DNA of 62,471 bases, filler included, from Choristocarpus tenellus KU-1152 (Eukaryota > Protista > Phaeophyceae): NCBI GenBank assembly GCA_964200185.2. It is 6 parts of 6 records of this genome, joined end to end, with 100 filler letters (N's around TTAATTAATTAA, not from the genome) between each part and the next. Parts side by side here need not be neighbours in the genome. Positions count along the whole stretch, not along the records: positions 1 to 17,194 come from CAXNAD020000704.1; positions 17,295 to 34,556 come from CAXNAD020000696.1; 4 more parts are not named here. One strand, written 5' to 3'. Below, piece after piece: positions 13,159 through 26,500 of this stretch (its first letter is position 1; each line of letters opens with the position of its first letter). The notes beneath the pieces were generated by a model, which was given only the letters and a program-made list of their open reading frames with translations, had not been told where the DNA came from and made no database searches. Made by a program: the position numbers and the translations under genes.

Positions 13159-13762
13159 TGAAGTGTGGTGTGACATGGAGGTCCTACTGAGACTTTGGTG
13201 CGGTAACAGTTTCCCCCACTCCTTACTATTCTCTGCTAAACCCCTTTACACCCAAATTGACTCCCTCTGGTTAACCTTCACGGTGTATGAGAAGGCTCCT
13301 GAGTTCCGTCTCCCTTCCCCTCTATATGACTAAATCAGGTACCTCAATCATCACCAACCTCGTTTTCCCCCCGATCTTGCCTGAGTGTTGGCCGTACTCC
13401 TCTGGTTTAGCTTTAGTCCTCTTGCTATTCTCCTCAGCACAATTGTCACTTGGTTCCTCATTTTCACCTTCCATCCCACACCGTCCTGTCCACGCTTCCT
13501 GTCGTTGATCTACCAGTCCTAAGCTTATTTATAACCTCTGCATGATCTCCTCCTAACCTACTGGCCCAGCCGAAAGAAATTAATGTGTTGTGCAGACAGC
13601 TGGAAGGTCAAGGACGTGTTTGTGGTTGAATTGGGATTGAATGTATCTTACCCCCTACCGTGCAAACCGAGTTGTTCCTCACTACCAGAATAGAGAGATA
13701 CACATTCCAGCATTCCTTTCACTTCTAACTCACGACTCCGGGGTCAAGCCAAATTCTCAAGT

Positions 13763-13911
13763 GGCTCAAAGTATTTGTGTGTGTGTGGCGGCTTTCCATT
13801 TGTGGTCAATTTTTTCATGTCCCGATTTTTGGGTGATTCTGTTGCATACGTCGGATGGATAATGTAAATGCACTTTTCCTGATCTTGGTCCAAATGGATA
13901 TCCTGGTGTAG

Positions 13912-13947
<36 letters not shown>

Positions 13948-14056
13948 CCCCCCCCCCCGCCCCCCTGCCACNNNNNNNNNNGGACCCACAAAAATCAAGC
14001 CAGAGGACAGCAACTTCTGGACGCCCCCCCCCCCCCCCCCCCGGATACTTTGGGTC
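13763..14056 (+). mobile_element. MITE family B copy, interrupted by poly-C and a 10-N gap
   Basis: GGCTCAAAGTATT...GATACTTTGGGTC with flanks AGT/AAT. It lies inside the first copy of a duplicated segment (13597-14100 versus 14132-14340). Confidence 0.85.
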
Positions 14057-14565
14057 AATTTCCAATATGTATCATATTCTACTCACTGCTCCCAAGTCCC
14101 ATTAGAGCTAAGGAAATTTAATTGCTGAATGGGCAGCTGGAAGGTGAGGAAAATGTTTGTAGGACTAATGGAATGTATATATATATATATTGCACCTTAC
14201 TGTACCAACTCAGTTGCCCTTACTCTCGGGAGTAGAAACGTATATATTCCGCCCCTGCCTTCACTATCACTCCCGACTGGTGTCAAGCCAAATACTCCAG
14301 TTCCTGCGTGTATGAAACTCCCACCTACTGCTCCCGAACCCCTTTTTTAAATGTTTTTTTGCGAGGGTGCAGCCGATCCTTTGGCGTACATGACTGCAGC
14401 GCACCCAACTAAGGTATCCTCCTTTCCTTAACCACGGATTACTCCTGTCATCTAACCTATGGAGGATTCATTTAAGTGGTGCCCTTTCCTCACCTAGATA
14501 TTCCTCCTGCTTGTTGACACATCATTCACTATTGATATGTGTCCTGTCATCAACGGCCAAACCCA

Positions 14566-14742
14566 GAACCAAAGTATCTGGGGGGGAGGCGGGGATCTAT
14601 ACCAGGGTGTCCATTTGGGTCAAAATCAGGAAAGTGTATATTCATTGTCTATCGGACGTATGCAACCAAATCACCAAATCGTGACATGAACAAATTAAGC
14701 CCAAATGGACAGCCGCCCCCCACCCTCCATATAGTTTGAGTC
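14566..14742 (-). mobile_element. MITE family B copy
   Basis: GAACCAAAGTATCTGGGGG...TATAGTTTGAGTC, with flanks CCA/GCA. Confidence 0.85.
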
Positions 14743-15439
14743 GCATTTTATCCCAAGTACCTCCCGCACTCCGACATCAGTCTTGGCTTCCACCTTCCTC
14801 TATCCTCACAAGTCGCATCTCTTGATCTCACTATTGTACTCCTATCACCTCTGGCTTCCCTCTCCCGCTAGTCCTCCCAGTCAACCCTCTTTTTGGTATG
14901 ATCCCAACAGTTACATCAGTCGCTGAAAGAAAAGAACTGGATAGGGCAGACCTGACCAATGAAAAACAGTTTAAGCATCACTACTCGTAAATATCTACAG
15001 ATCCTACACACGCACTAGCCCCAGCCTTCATATAGCATTTGTCGGTGGTGGAGGTATCAGACAGACTGAGCATCCTGTGCATTTACTATCAGGTTCTACC
15101 ACCTCAGGTTATGCCTCCAGCAATAATGCATCTCAGATTCCCCAATTATACATGCACCCATTGTATACCCAAACGTTGGCGCCTCCATTAGAATATACAG
15201 GCATCTACAAGGATTTGACATATCACATCCCCCACGTCCGTCTTCCCAATGGCACTTCCTGCATCAGCGAGTACTTTCGCAGTCCAGATACTCTATTCGA
15301 CATGAGGAAGAACTGAGTACGAAGCACTTGGTGTGAATGACCGATTTCTACTAGTATCCGATTCTCACTTTGGGATCCCGGTGTTCTGGCATATGGGTCT
15401 ATGAATTTTCTCGCCGTGGAGGGTTCCTAAACACGACCT

Positions 15440-15694
15440 TAGTGAAAGATCTTAGAGGGTACAAGTTTTCCCCTGTTTGTCCATTTGGGGCATGGCTTCC
15501 CATGATTTTTTTAAGGACATTTTCCTACTCCAAATTGCTTCGGAGTAGATAAAATGTGTACATTCTGAGAAGGTGTGTCTGGTACAAGGATATTGACACT
15601 TCTTAACAAACACGATACCAAAATTACATCAAATCGCAACATTGGATTTCGACCACAAATGGACGCGGCTCTACCCTCTAAGATACTTTGGCTC
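15440..15694 (+). mobile_element. MITE family A, full copy
   Basis: TAGTGAAAG(-)ATCTTAGAGGGTAC...TACCCTCTAAGATACTTTGGCTC with a 4-bp TSD, ACCT/ACCT. Confidence 0.9.
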
Positions 15695-17040
15695 ACCTAC
15701 CGCTCATCACCTTCACCTTGGTATCTTGAGTTTTATTTTTGGAGGAGGTCAGTGCCCTACCTTGAAATACGTCCTCTACTACCTTCTAGCCAACAACCCT
15801 TCCTAGTGAACTCGCACCACTGTGATTCGCATACCCCAACCTATCCTTCCCGACTACCCACCCTCTACTTTTTTTTTGTACGTGTTGTTGAACCCTAAGC
15901 CTCAAAACATCTACCTGTGAGTAATCTCTTAATTCTGTCCCAATCCGAAAGGCTAGAGCTCCATTGTGCTTCCAAGTACACTTACAGCATCCTACATACT
16001 TGGACGACCTTAGCTGCTGCCTTAATGTGGCATCCAGTACTTACCACACCTTCCTTGGAATGCCATTCGACTATGAACCTTGTTGTGTTGATAGTCAAGC
16101 ACTCATACCCCTCTAGTTGGTTAGTGAATTTCGTGCCCCAACCCTCAACTCCAATCCCTACTTGTGAAGGCCTTCTTGGAGACACACCCACCAGTTCTTT
16201 TCCTGTCCACCTTGTTTCCGTTTTTCATTAGAAAGCTCCCCAAGAATCGATCTCTTGGGAAGTTGCACATCCCCCATGCGAGCAACTGACATAAGAAATA
16301 CGAGCCTCTGCTTGTGCACTAGTTCCTCCATACTCTATATGTGCAACATAGATATAGGTAGGCATTCACACGGTACCATACAAGTGTACAACATCGACAT
16401 TGCCGCATGGAATAAAGTCATTGAAACCAGATTTGAGATTTCCGCTGCCACCCGAGGTAAATTTACATAGTTAAATAAGTCTTTCAGCTTTCGGTATTCG
16501 AATCTTATGCCCAAGTGAGGCACCTGAGGTCCTGCCGTAAAAGAGCTTGGCTGTATTTTCGAAAACAAATCTGAATCCTCCAGCTGATCATAGCAATTGG
16601 TGGCAGCATTATCATTGATGGTTCCCTCAAGGTAAGCATACTTATCGGCCTGCTTGCAGGTCTGATCCAATGCCTGAACTGTATGGGTATCGGCATCCTG
16701 ATTAGGACCCTGATTAGGACGGCGAAAACACAACACATAGTCTCCGTCCAAATGTCAATAAAGTCAGTCCCATGATCTGGCCACCCCTACAGATACTGTC
16801 AGTGTCCTGACCAAACATCCTTGGGTCACCTGTTCCAACAACCAGAAGACAGTCTCCAAGGTTACGTTCGACATGTTGTGGACATATGGATATTCTACAA
16901 GTAGTAAAATATATTAATAGAAGTAGTAGTTTTTACTCTTCATGGATGCAAACCAGTGGGTATTTGTATCTATCTTCAGTCATCCCCACCTTCCACTTTC
17001 TTCGCTAGCCCTCTTCCTGTAGTCCAACATTTTTCGTCAA

Positions 17041-17194
17041 GACTCATAGTATCTGTGTGTGTGTGGCGGATGTCCACCTGGGGACTCAATTTTCCATGTC
17101 GCAATTTTTGGGTTATTTGGTTGCATGTGTCGGATGGAGGATGTAAGTGTACTTTTCCTGGTCAGGGCCCAAATGGACACCCTGGTGTAGACAC
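17041..17194 (+). mobile_element. MITE family B copy, truncated by a linker
   Basis: GACTCATAGTATC...CCAAATGGACACCCTGGTGTAGAC, followed directly by Ns. Confidence 0.85.
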
Positions 17195-17294
17195 NNNNNN
17201 NNNNNNNNNNNNNNNNNNNNNNNNNNNNNNNNNNNNNNTTAATTAATTAANNNNNNNNNNNNNNNNNNNNNNNNNNNNNNNNNNNNNNNNNNNN
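17195..17294. other. Artificial contig linker (44N-TTAATTAATTAA-44N); identical linkers at 34557-34656, 47754-47853, 54969-55068 and 58403-58502
   Basis: The same 100-nt construct occurs five times, and TTAATTAATTAA puts a stop codon in all six frames. Confidence 0.97.
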
Positions 17295-17399
17295 AAAAAA
17301 AACAAAAAAAAAAATAATTTAAACAACAAAAACCCCCCCCCCCCCCCCCCACAAAGAAAAGAAAAGCAATTATTGCCTTCCCCCCCCCCCCCAACAAAC

Positions 17400-17671
17400 C
17401 TCCTGATTGCTGATGAATTCCCACACCCCATCACTTGCCAGAAGCAGGAACTCATCCCTATCCATGATGTCATATTCAGTTACTTCTGGTTCTGCAATCA
17501 CCCCCACCTTATCACACAACAGTGGGGGGGGGGGGGTAAGAAAATTGATGGGAAAGGACAAAATCAAAGAAAAGAATCGCTAACAGGTTTAGGAAGACGA
17601 TTTTCTTTTCCTCAACAAAGTGTATGGGGGGATTAATATAATTATTGTCATCAGTCCTGAGAATGTCACTA

Positions 17672-17715
<44 letters not shown>

Positions 17716-20469
17716 GGAGAGATAGAGTGCATGTACCTATCACTAGACACAAAGCTGGGGATCGTTCTCAGACCGATACCCTACCATTTCAAAAGCTGTG
17801 CCACCAAGTCAAGGCACTGCATTGCTTGAGGCGTGCCCCAATCAACCATGTGACCATCACATGGTGACCATCACCAAACATGCACATGAAAAGGCAACAC
17901 ACCTGCTTGACAGCCAAGTCGCCTATAGACCTGGCCATGGCTAGCCCAACCATAGACTTGGTTGCATCCAGCCAGACCCTGGACGACGCTCCTTCCTCCT
18001 CAGGGATGCTCACAAACCCCCCGGCCGCCTCTATGCGCTCACGTTCCCCTGGCAAATTGGGATTCTGCAGACAGCCAGCACACGACCAGGTTAGCAAAGA
18101 AAATAAATATATCAGAAGTTAGGGTTAGGGACAGAAAAAGCAAAGGTTTAAGGTTTGTTTGAGTGTGTCAGTTGAAATCAATCGGTGGGAGTGAGCAAAA
18201 GGAGGTACACTTGGACCAGAGCAAGTGGGACACAAAGGCAATAAGTGGTACACAAAGGCAGTAACACAGAAGGTCAAATCAGCTGTCACAACAAAATATA
18301 TAAAGAGTAGCCCCTTCCCCCCAGAACTCTTTCCATTTTCAGACCTGATCCCACGTCAGTGCCCTCCCCATGATCCCTCCACCCTGGCCCCTGGTGGCCA
18401 CAATGGCCCTGGAGTCACCAACATTGGCCATCAACACCTTCTGCCCCCGAATGAGGGCTACCACCGCTGTGGAACCCCCAAACACTGCATTGATTCCGGC
18501 TTCCGGAAGGGAGTCATTGACATCCTGGAAAACATCCCTGAGTGCACTGGGTTCACCCATGGAGACACATGCAATCAGCCAGAAGGGAGGCAGGGGAACG
18601 TGAAGCTGGGGGTGGGATAAGGGGACATGGGGGATCAGGTTTGTATATCAGTACCTCTTCCTCTCTCCAACCCTAACTTGCGAACACTACTACCTTGTGT
18701 GTTAAGGCTAAATATTGTAACTGTCAGTTAGTTACTTTGGCTATTTATGACTACAGACTATTTGGGAGGGGAATTGCATTTTTTAAAATTCATAAAAATC
18801 CACAAAAGATGCATAGGCGAAACAAGGGAGAGAGAATACAACACCTCTAACACAGAAATGATAACATTAATATGAACAATTGAAAACAAAACCACACGCA
18901 CGAAGAGGCGTGCTTCTCCCTCTCTCAAACACCCCCTCAGCAAGATGCCCACCACCTGAGTATAAAGTAGTGTCAAAGCTCATTCAATTTGTAATAAAAA
19001 AAGTCTCGAAAAAAATATCTTGGCTCTACTTCCATGAAAGCAACATGCACACAAAAACCCTCAACAAGGGGGCTCAACTTTTGTAGTGCTTTAAAAAAAA
19101 TTAAAAACAAAAAAGACAAGCGTTTGACCTGCTAGCAATACAAATACCCCACAAAGCTCAAACCCTCTGTACAACACAAATAAAATAAATCAAGCCTTAT
19201 TTCTATGAACACACACCAATATAACTCACACCCCACACCCCACACCCCACACCCCACAGAAAAGTAAACGATGCACTAGCTCTCCCCCAAAAACAAAAAC
19301 AAAAAAATCAGAATCTCACTCAACAGACCCCCTGCCTGTCCAGCTCTCTCAACCTCTCGTCTCACATCACACCCATTCCGCCTTTTGCCCAAAATCAAAT
19401 CACACAGATCAGGCGTCGTGAGCCCAAACACTAAATCACTTACGAGCAGAAGCTTTAAAAAAAAAAAAAAGTGACGCAAAAAATAATCGTGTAATCAAAA
19501 AATAAACGCTCTGCACAAACAAAGGCACGCGAATCACTGAGCTCTGCGAGCAAACGCACATTTGCGCACGAAAAATAACGGATCAAAAATCGCCCCTCAG
19601 TTTTCTCGTTTTTCAACTAAATAAACACGCAACCGTATCAAATCGTAGCAATTCAACTGAACCCAAAAACATTGAAAAAAATCCCTTCCAAGCTATAGTG
19701 TACACACATACGGAAAATTCACGCCTTTCCAAACATATATAGGAAAAGTCCTCGTTCATATCCTAACTGTCCCCCGCAGGTAGGCTCTCACCGGCTCTCG
19801 ATCCACATTGGAGTAGGGCTGCCATTCAGCGCCAACCATAATCAGTCACATCCGATTAACTGGATAACCAAACATTTCAGAACAACTATTTTGCTATTCT
19901 GCGGTGGGTCATTCTCGTGTTGATACACACGCCTCCATAATTTTCCGCTAGTATCGTGCGTCGCGGTGACGCCTGCGTACACGGGCACACGCAACATCAG
20001 AATCAACATCAGGCTCAAACTTATTCGGCCCTGGGAGAGACCCTCACCACTTGACCCCAAAAATTTCCTCCTCACAAATACACCGGTTGTCGACCTTGCG
20101 AGGCGTGCTAACAGCCCGGTCGATTCGTCGCAACGAACTAGTGTCAGCATGAGGAGATGCTTCGAAGCACCACACACACTAAAGGTCGCTATTATTAGTG
20201 TGCATGAAGTAGCAGTAACTATTTAGTAGCAGTAGCATGTAGCAAGACAGCGGGTGCATTTCGAACGGTACGTCAGTGATGGATCGGGGGGACATTGCGA
20301 ATATATAGCGATGCTGGAGTTGACATTCTAGGAAATGTGTCTGTCCGTTGGCGAATTTCAACAAAATCACGAGAAAAGTCGGGGATCATGGAAGGATACG
20401 ACAAGGCGCACCCCCACCTCGAGGATAGGACTCCCTCTTCGCTGTAACAGAAGAAAGCGCAATTCTACC

Positions 20470-20503
<34 letters not shown>

Positions 20504-23500
20504 CATCATCATCCTCATCATCATCATCATCTCCTTCCTCCTGATGAAACAGCGGCACACGCTCTTTGGTAGAGGGCGCGAACGTGCTCTAAAATAAAAA
20601 TAAAAAAACAAAGCCATCTTCCATGTAGCGCACCACGGATCAGCAGGTGCTGCGCGAACTGCTTGATTGGAGGAAGCAGCAGAAGGAAGAGTCAGGGATG
20701 TCATGACTTCGGGGGGTCGCCGAAACATGGCAGCAGTAATCGAAAAAAAAAAAAAAAAAAAAAACGGGGGAATTGAGAGAAGAGAAAAAGAAAAAAAAAA
20801 AAAAAAAAAAAAAAAAAACTGTTGAATTGAGAGTAGCGGAGAGGGCCGAGCCACTGCTAGGGGAGCGTGTGAAAAAAAAAAACTGTTGAATTGAGAGTAG
20901 CGGAGAGGGCCGAGCCACTGCTAGGGGAGCGTGTGGCCTTGGCTGTAGCTAAGGCAGTGGAAGCTGCGTTGGCCAGAAGGAGGGCAGGCTGTGATAGGGT
21001 GGTTGGTAAAACTACAACCCCTGCAGAGGAGCAGGGGTTCAACGTTTACAAATTGGAGGTACCCGCGTGGAACAGAGAGGCCGATGAACGAATAGAGTGG
21101 AAAACTCGTTTTTGATGCTATATATATATATATATAGCGGCGAGCAAGACACCTCGCACTCTTTAAGGGGGGAGCTGAATCATCTGCAGGAAGGAGCACA
21201 GATAGAGGGAGGAGTGCGGATGATTAGGACGCCTTTAACAGGGAGCGGATGGTCCTTCTGCACATATGCAAAGGGGATGGCCTAGGAAATCGTGATGGAA
21301 TGGACCACAAGACGTCGAGAAGCACAACGGACGCCTGCCTTGCACGACAACTTCGAACCACATACCTCGAATGAAAGACTCGGGGGTCCGGGACGAGTCC
21401 CGATCGAGTCAACTTGGACGAGGAGAGGAGCACCAACCTTTACTGTCATGCGTGCTTAAGGTGCACCGACTTGCCGCCAAGAGACTTAACCACGATGGGC
21501 CAAGAGAGTTTCTGGCGATGGACTGAATGTCACCATTCTGGGAGGATTCTTCCAGAGGAGTATGAACCGGAAAAAACGGACTTTACCGATGAGAGGGCAA
21601 CTACACTCACAAGGACAGGAGAGTTCAAACAGCGTGCTTGTGAACAGGTTTCGACAGCTCAAGGATGGGATAGCTGTTCGTCAGGGGAGAACGACGGCAG
21701 CTTTGACAGTCAGGAGGCAGGGTGTGTACGGCACAGCGATCGGAGCAGATAAAATGCTACCTACGCCTATGGCAAGAAGGGACACTGCAGCAATAAATGT
21801 CCCACCAAGAACAAGGAATGTGACGTCAGTGGGAAGAGATGGGGCGTTTGGCAGTGACATGTCGCGAACAAAAAAGGGGTTACAGGAGTTACGGACACGG
21901 CAACGTTGGGAGACAAAGGGGCCCAGGAGATCGCAGTCAGACTACCGCCAGAGGAGGTGCTGGAAATGGTGGGACAGTGAAAAGGTACCAATGGAAGCGA
22001 GGGCACTCGAGATCGTGCCTCAGACTTCGTACAATTGTTGGCATGAGACACCGACATAGGGGAGGAGCGTTAACAGCGGCCGATGAGACAAACCTGCAAC
22101 ACGGGGAGACCAACAGGTGCCGAAGAACGGATTTTCAACGCTGGTGCTATCAGTCACACAAACCAATTCTTTTCCTGGTGTACGGGGTTGGAGGGAAAAT
22201 AGTAATGGAGGCAAGGTGGTTCTTGGAGATGGAAGGGAACACACGACACTGCTGGATGGGGCTGGAGGGAGATGGTGCTGACATTAGCTAAAGAGGAGGT
22301 GGGGTACAGTGTGACCTATGAAGGTTGCCGTAGTGCCCAACTAGGCTACAACATATGTTCAGTTCGAACCATCTGTGAGACATCAGGGCGACACAGTTTT
22401 GTCAAGACTGACGTGTTGATGATTGAGGGGAACAATGGTCTGGATGACCTCTTTATACCAGTGGTGAATGACTTCTATACCTGGGCTACATGTATAGGGT
22501 GGTAGCTCAAGAAACCTCAACCGGATTAGTGATCACATCGAGGGCCTAAGCTCACCGTGCTCCAGTGCCACAAAGAGTGAATTCTCGGTCAGGCAGGAAA
22601 CTCGAGAGGAACATTTCAGGACTGGTTCTCGCTCAGGGGGAGGCAGGAACAGACGAACTTGCCCCCACAAGAGCTGGGGTAGATATCGTCTCAGGGGGAA
22701 CATCTGAGGAGACTACAAGGCCAAAGGAGAGTGTAACAACAAAAGAGAATGCCCTTGAAGGGGTTGAAGGAGCTGCAACTGTCTCAGAGGGGATAGTTGA
22801 GAAGGAGAGGCCTGCCTCAAGGATGTCCATTGCTGATGTTCATCTTGGGAGGTTTGTTGTATATGCCCATTTCCTCATCCACAGCCCCTTTCCACAAGGG
22901 CCACTCCTCAGACTCCATTGTATCACTCATAGTATCAGGTTCAGGTCGAGAGACACTGTCGGGACCCCACACGTCACAGTTCACCTCGTTCTCACATCCC
23001 CTTGATGTGACATTGGAGCCACATCACCAATACCGGTCTCCAACTTTTCACCTTTCTTCCACTAGCCGTTCAATAGACTGCCACCCTCCTTGGCACATTC
23101 TTGAACCATCGCCTGACGGCAACGTCCCAGTTGGTGTTGCATCTGATAAATGTCAATATGCGGAGCGGGTCTTGCTCCCATACTCAGCACCCACGGGGAA
23201 GTGACATGTGCTGCAGCCTCAACTAAGGCCAGCTCATCAGTTGCCACATCATCCTCCTCAGGACTTGCGTCCCCTCCAGTTGACTGGTCAAGGTCGGCAC
23301 CTATTCTGGCCATCCTTGACGTAAGCCTCTCTTCCTCAATCGTCCCCCCTGGGTCGATGGTATCTCCTGTAACCCCTCCAAGGTTGATGTCTCCTGCTGC
23401 TACAGCATGCTACAGCATCCTCCTCTGAGGTGGTATCCACTCCAGCCGGGCAAAGATCCAGTTAGCTTACCCATCAAATAGGCACAGGGTTTTTGTCCAA

Positions 23501-26500
23501 GGCAGATGGATAGGAAAGAGAGAGAGCAGAGGTCCAAGGAGGGGCTAGGACTGCAGGGTGGCAAAGTTTGACGGAACAGTGGGGTTACTAAAGCAGTCCC
23601 TGCATGGTATAGTCCAAACATCTTGGAACTGGAAATTTCTGCTGGTGGAACCTTTTTGAACAAGGAATCAGTATGAAAGACGATGAGGATCAATCAGAAA
23701 GTATACGCAGAAGGGCCGGTGGAGCGCTTCGAGACCTCAAAGAGTACAACATGCCCAAACCTACAATCAGACATCTGTCCATCCCCTCCCCCTCCCCATC
23801 TTTCAATCCCTGGCTTATGTGCCACTAAGGATTCGTGCGTGGAACTGGACCCATCTACTCCATTCAGGGAAACAGTAGGGTCACTAATCTGGTTGGTGAC
23901 TTCGACTAGGCCTCATATCACAAACACGCTAATAACTGTGACCAGATTTAGTGGGTAACCCAGGGCAGAGGCATTGGGAAGCTGTTGAACAGATTTTGGG
24001 GTATGTGAGTCACACAAGGGGGACCGGCATCACATAAGACAGAAGCTGGAAAAACGACAGGAGGCGTTTGCTGATGCGGACTATGCGTAGGATCTGGACC
24101 AGCGGAGGTCTGTATCTGGGGGGGGCTACTTACCATTGGAGGTGTAGCATTATCGTGGTTTTCTAGGATGCAGAAGGCGGTGGCTCTGTCTACGGCAAAA
24201 GCTGATTGTGTGTCTTTAATTGAAAGCTGATTATGTGTCCTTAATTCAAATCCACGACTAAGGAAGTGCTCTTCTTGATAAGAGGTATTGGAGTTTGCAC
24301 ACCTGGAGAGGAAGACTAGTTGTGCCTTGACGTACAAGGACAATGAGGAGACAATGAAGCTGTTGGGAAACCCATTCAATGGGTTTAGGACAACATCACA
24401 AAAGTTCATGTGGGATCTGACGAGCAACATGCGGATTTTCTCACCAAGCCTCTCAACCGTAATAGATTTTTATGCGTCATGCGAGGAGGAGGGCTTTAAT
24501 GAACTTCTGATGTTTAATTTTTCAGGATGACGATGACGATGACTGTGAGGATCTGAAATGAACCTTGTGATCGCACAGTAGGAGAGGATGTTCGCACAAG
24601 GAGATGCTTTGAAGCACTGTACGCACAACAAGTTGCTATTATTCGTATACATGAAGTAGTAACTGTAACAAGTTGCTATTAGTTAGTATACGTGAAGTAG
24701 TAACTGTAACAAGTTGCTATTAGTTAGTATACGTGAAGTAGTAACTGTAACAAGTTGCTATTAGTTAGTATACGTGAAGTAGTAACTGTAACAAGTTGCT
24801 ATTAGTTAGTATACATGAAGTAGTAACTGTGTATGTAGCACGGCAATGTGTGCAGTAGAGTAGATCAGTACTGGATAAGGACATCGGAATAGAGTGATGA
24901 CGAAGGAACATTCTAGGAAATGCATCAGTTGGCGATCTACCGAATTGCGTGAAAGCGTGATTACGGACGGAGATTAGGAAATACCCCCCCCCTTACGGAT
25001 AGGACTCAATCTTCGCTGTAACTCAATAAAGCACATTCTTACATCATCACCATCTCATTGGTGAAGCAGCAGCACACTCTTTTGGTACTGTGTGCGAATA
25101 ACCAGCGAGACATGACCGGAATAAAATCGGAATAAAATCGGAATCCGTAAAATCTTCTCTCTTCACAACTCTCATCTTTGTTCAGGCCTTTATTGACACC
25201 TCTCCACACAAAACGGGCAGGCACAAAACACTGGAGTTGTAAAACCACGGCTGACTATACTCGGGCGGCATCCAAATCATCTCAATTACCCGACAAACGA
25301 ACAGCCTCACACAGACAATTTGGTTACTCCCACGCATCATCCATTTGGTTACTCCACGCATCATCCATGTGGTTACTCCACGCATCATCCATTTGCACAT
25401 GCCTTCTGAAGGTCCTGTTTGTGTTGTGAATGAAGACAAGTGTGCTCTACAAAGGATGTTAGCCACTCAAGACACTCGCATCTCCCAACACCCAAGAGTT
25501 AGCAGGTATAGATAGATACCAAGTCCATAGCCCAAGGGACTACGAGATCGTCCAATGAAAAGCTGGGGGTGATGGTCCGCATGACGTGGCCTCGGAAGGA
25601 CAATTTGGAACCAGGACGAGCCTTCATCCGAGGGTGCCATGGTTGAACATCTCAAAGATAAGAGTGTTGAGTGTTACAAAGGGGCACTGCCAGCGGAACC
25701 GGACAACGACAGTACCCAAGTGGCATAACATCTCAACAGTACCCAAGTGGCATAACATCTCGACAGTACCCAAGTGGCATAATATCTCAACAGTACCCAA
25801 GTGACATAACATCTCAACAGTACCCAAGTGGCATAATATCTCAACAGTACCCAAGTGGCATAATATCTCGACAGTACCCATGTGGCATAACATCTCGACA
25901 GTACCCAAGTGGCATAACATCTCGACAGTACCCAAGTGGCATAACACCTCCCTGCTAGGTTTTCTTCCATGTCCACAGAAGGAGTAGGAATAGCACAACG
26001 ACAATCTGTTCCAATCTTGTGTCAAACTCCGGCAGTGGGATCGTGCCAAAACAAAAACAAAAAACAAAAACACAAACACAAACAAAAACAAAAACAAAAA
26101 AATAAGAGACGCATCAAACTCAACAACCGATCTTGTCCGACAACTGGGCTGCGCTTCGGAAGGGCAGAGGGAAGCTCTTGGAAAATGCCGACGAGAATGA
26201 GGGAGGAGAGAGGGAAACCATCTCGCCTTGTCACAGGCAGCTTCAAACCGGAGGGATTTACTCCCTGGCTGAACCATCATCTGCCCCAGTTCACTGCATT
26301 GACCTTTAAAACGCTCTTTCAGTGACATTCTTTCCCCCTCTCACACTCACACATACCTCACGCACAGATGGGCGTTTACTCAGCATTTTCACAATGTGAT
26401 ACCTAAAAAAGTGAAAAAAAAATCTTTGTAGTCCACTCAATACGCAGAATAGTGCCCACGCGAGCAAGTGCTTGTGTGTCCCTGTGTGTTGGCATTTTGT

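Larger units (their letters stand above)
20142..25167 (+). mobile_element. Degenerate Ty1/Copia LTR retrotransposon inside a PP2C intron, antisense to the gene
   Basis: Related LTRs start with TG at 20142 (TGTCAGCATGAGGAGATGCTTCGAAGCAC) and 24589 (TGTTCGCACAAGGAGATGCTTTGAAGCAC). A PPT-like GTAGGAGAGGA lies at 24578-24588. The RT/RNase H relic at 23680-24460 reads PFRETVGSLIWLVTSTRP, SWFSRMQKAVALSTA, QHADFLTKPL. LTR right ends are approximate. Confidence 0.88.

Noticed and set aside
20810-20935. Exact ~62-bp tandem duplication next to poly-A runs
   Set aside because: Perfect identity beside long homopolymers suggests an assembly artefact or trivial slippage.
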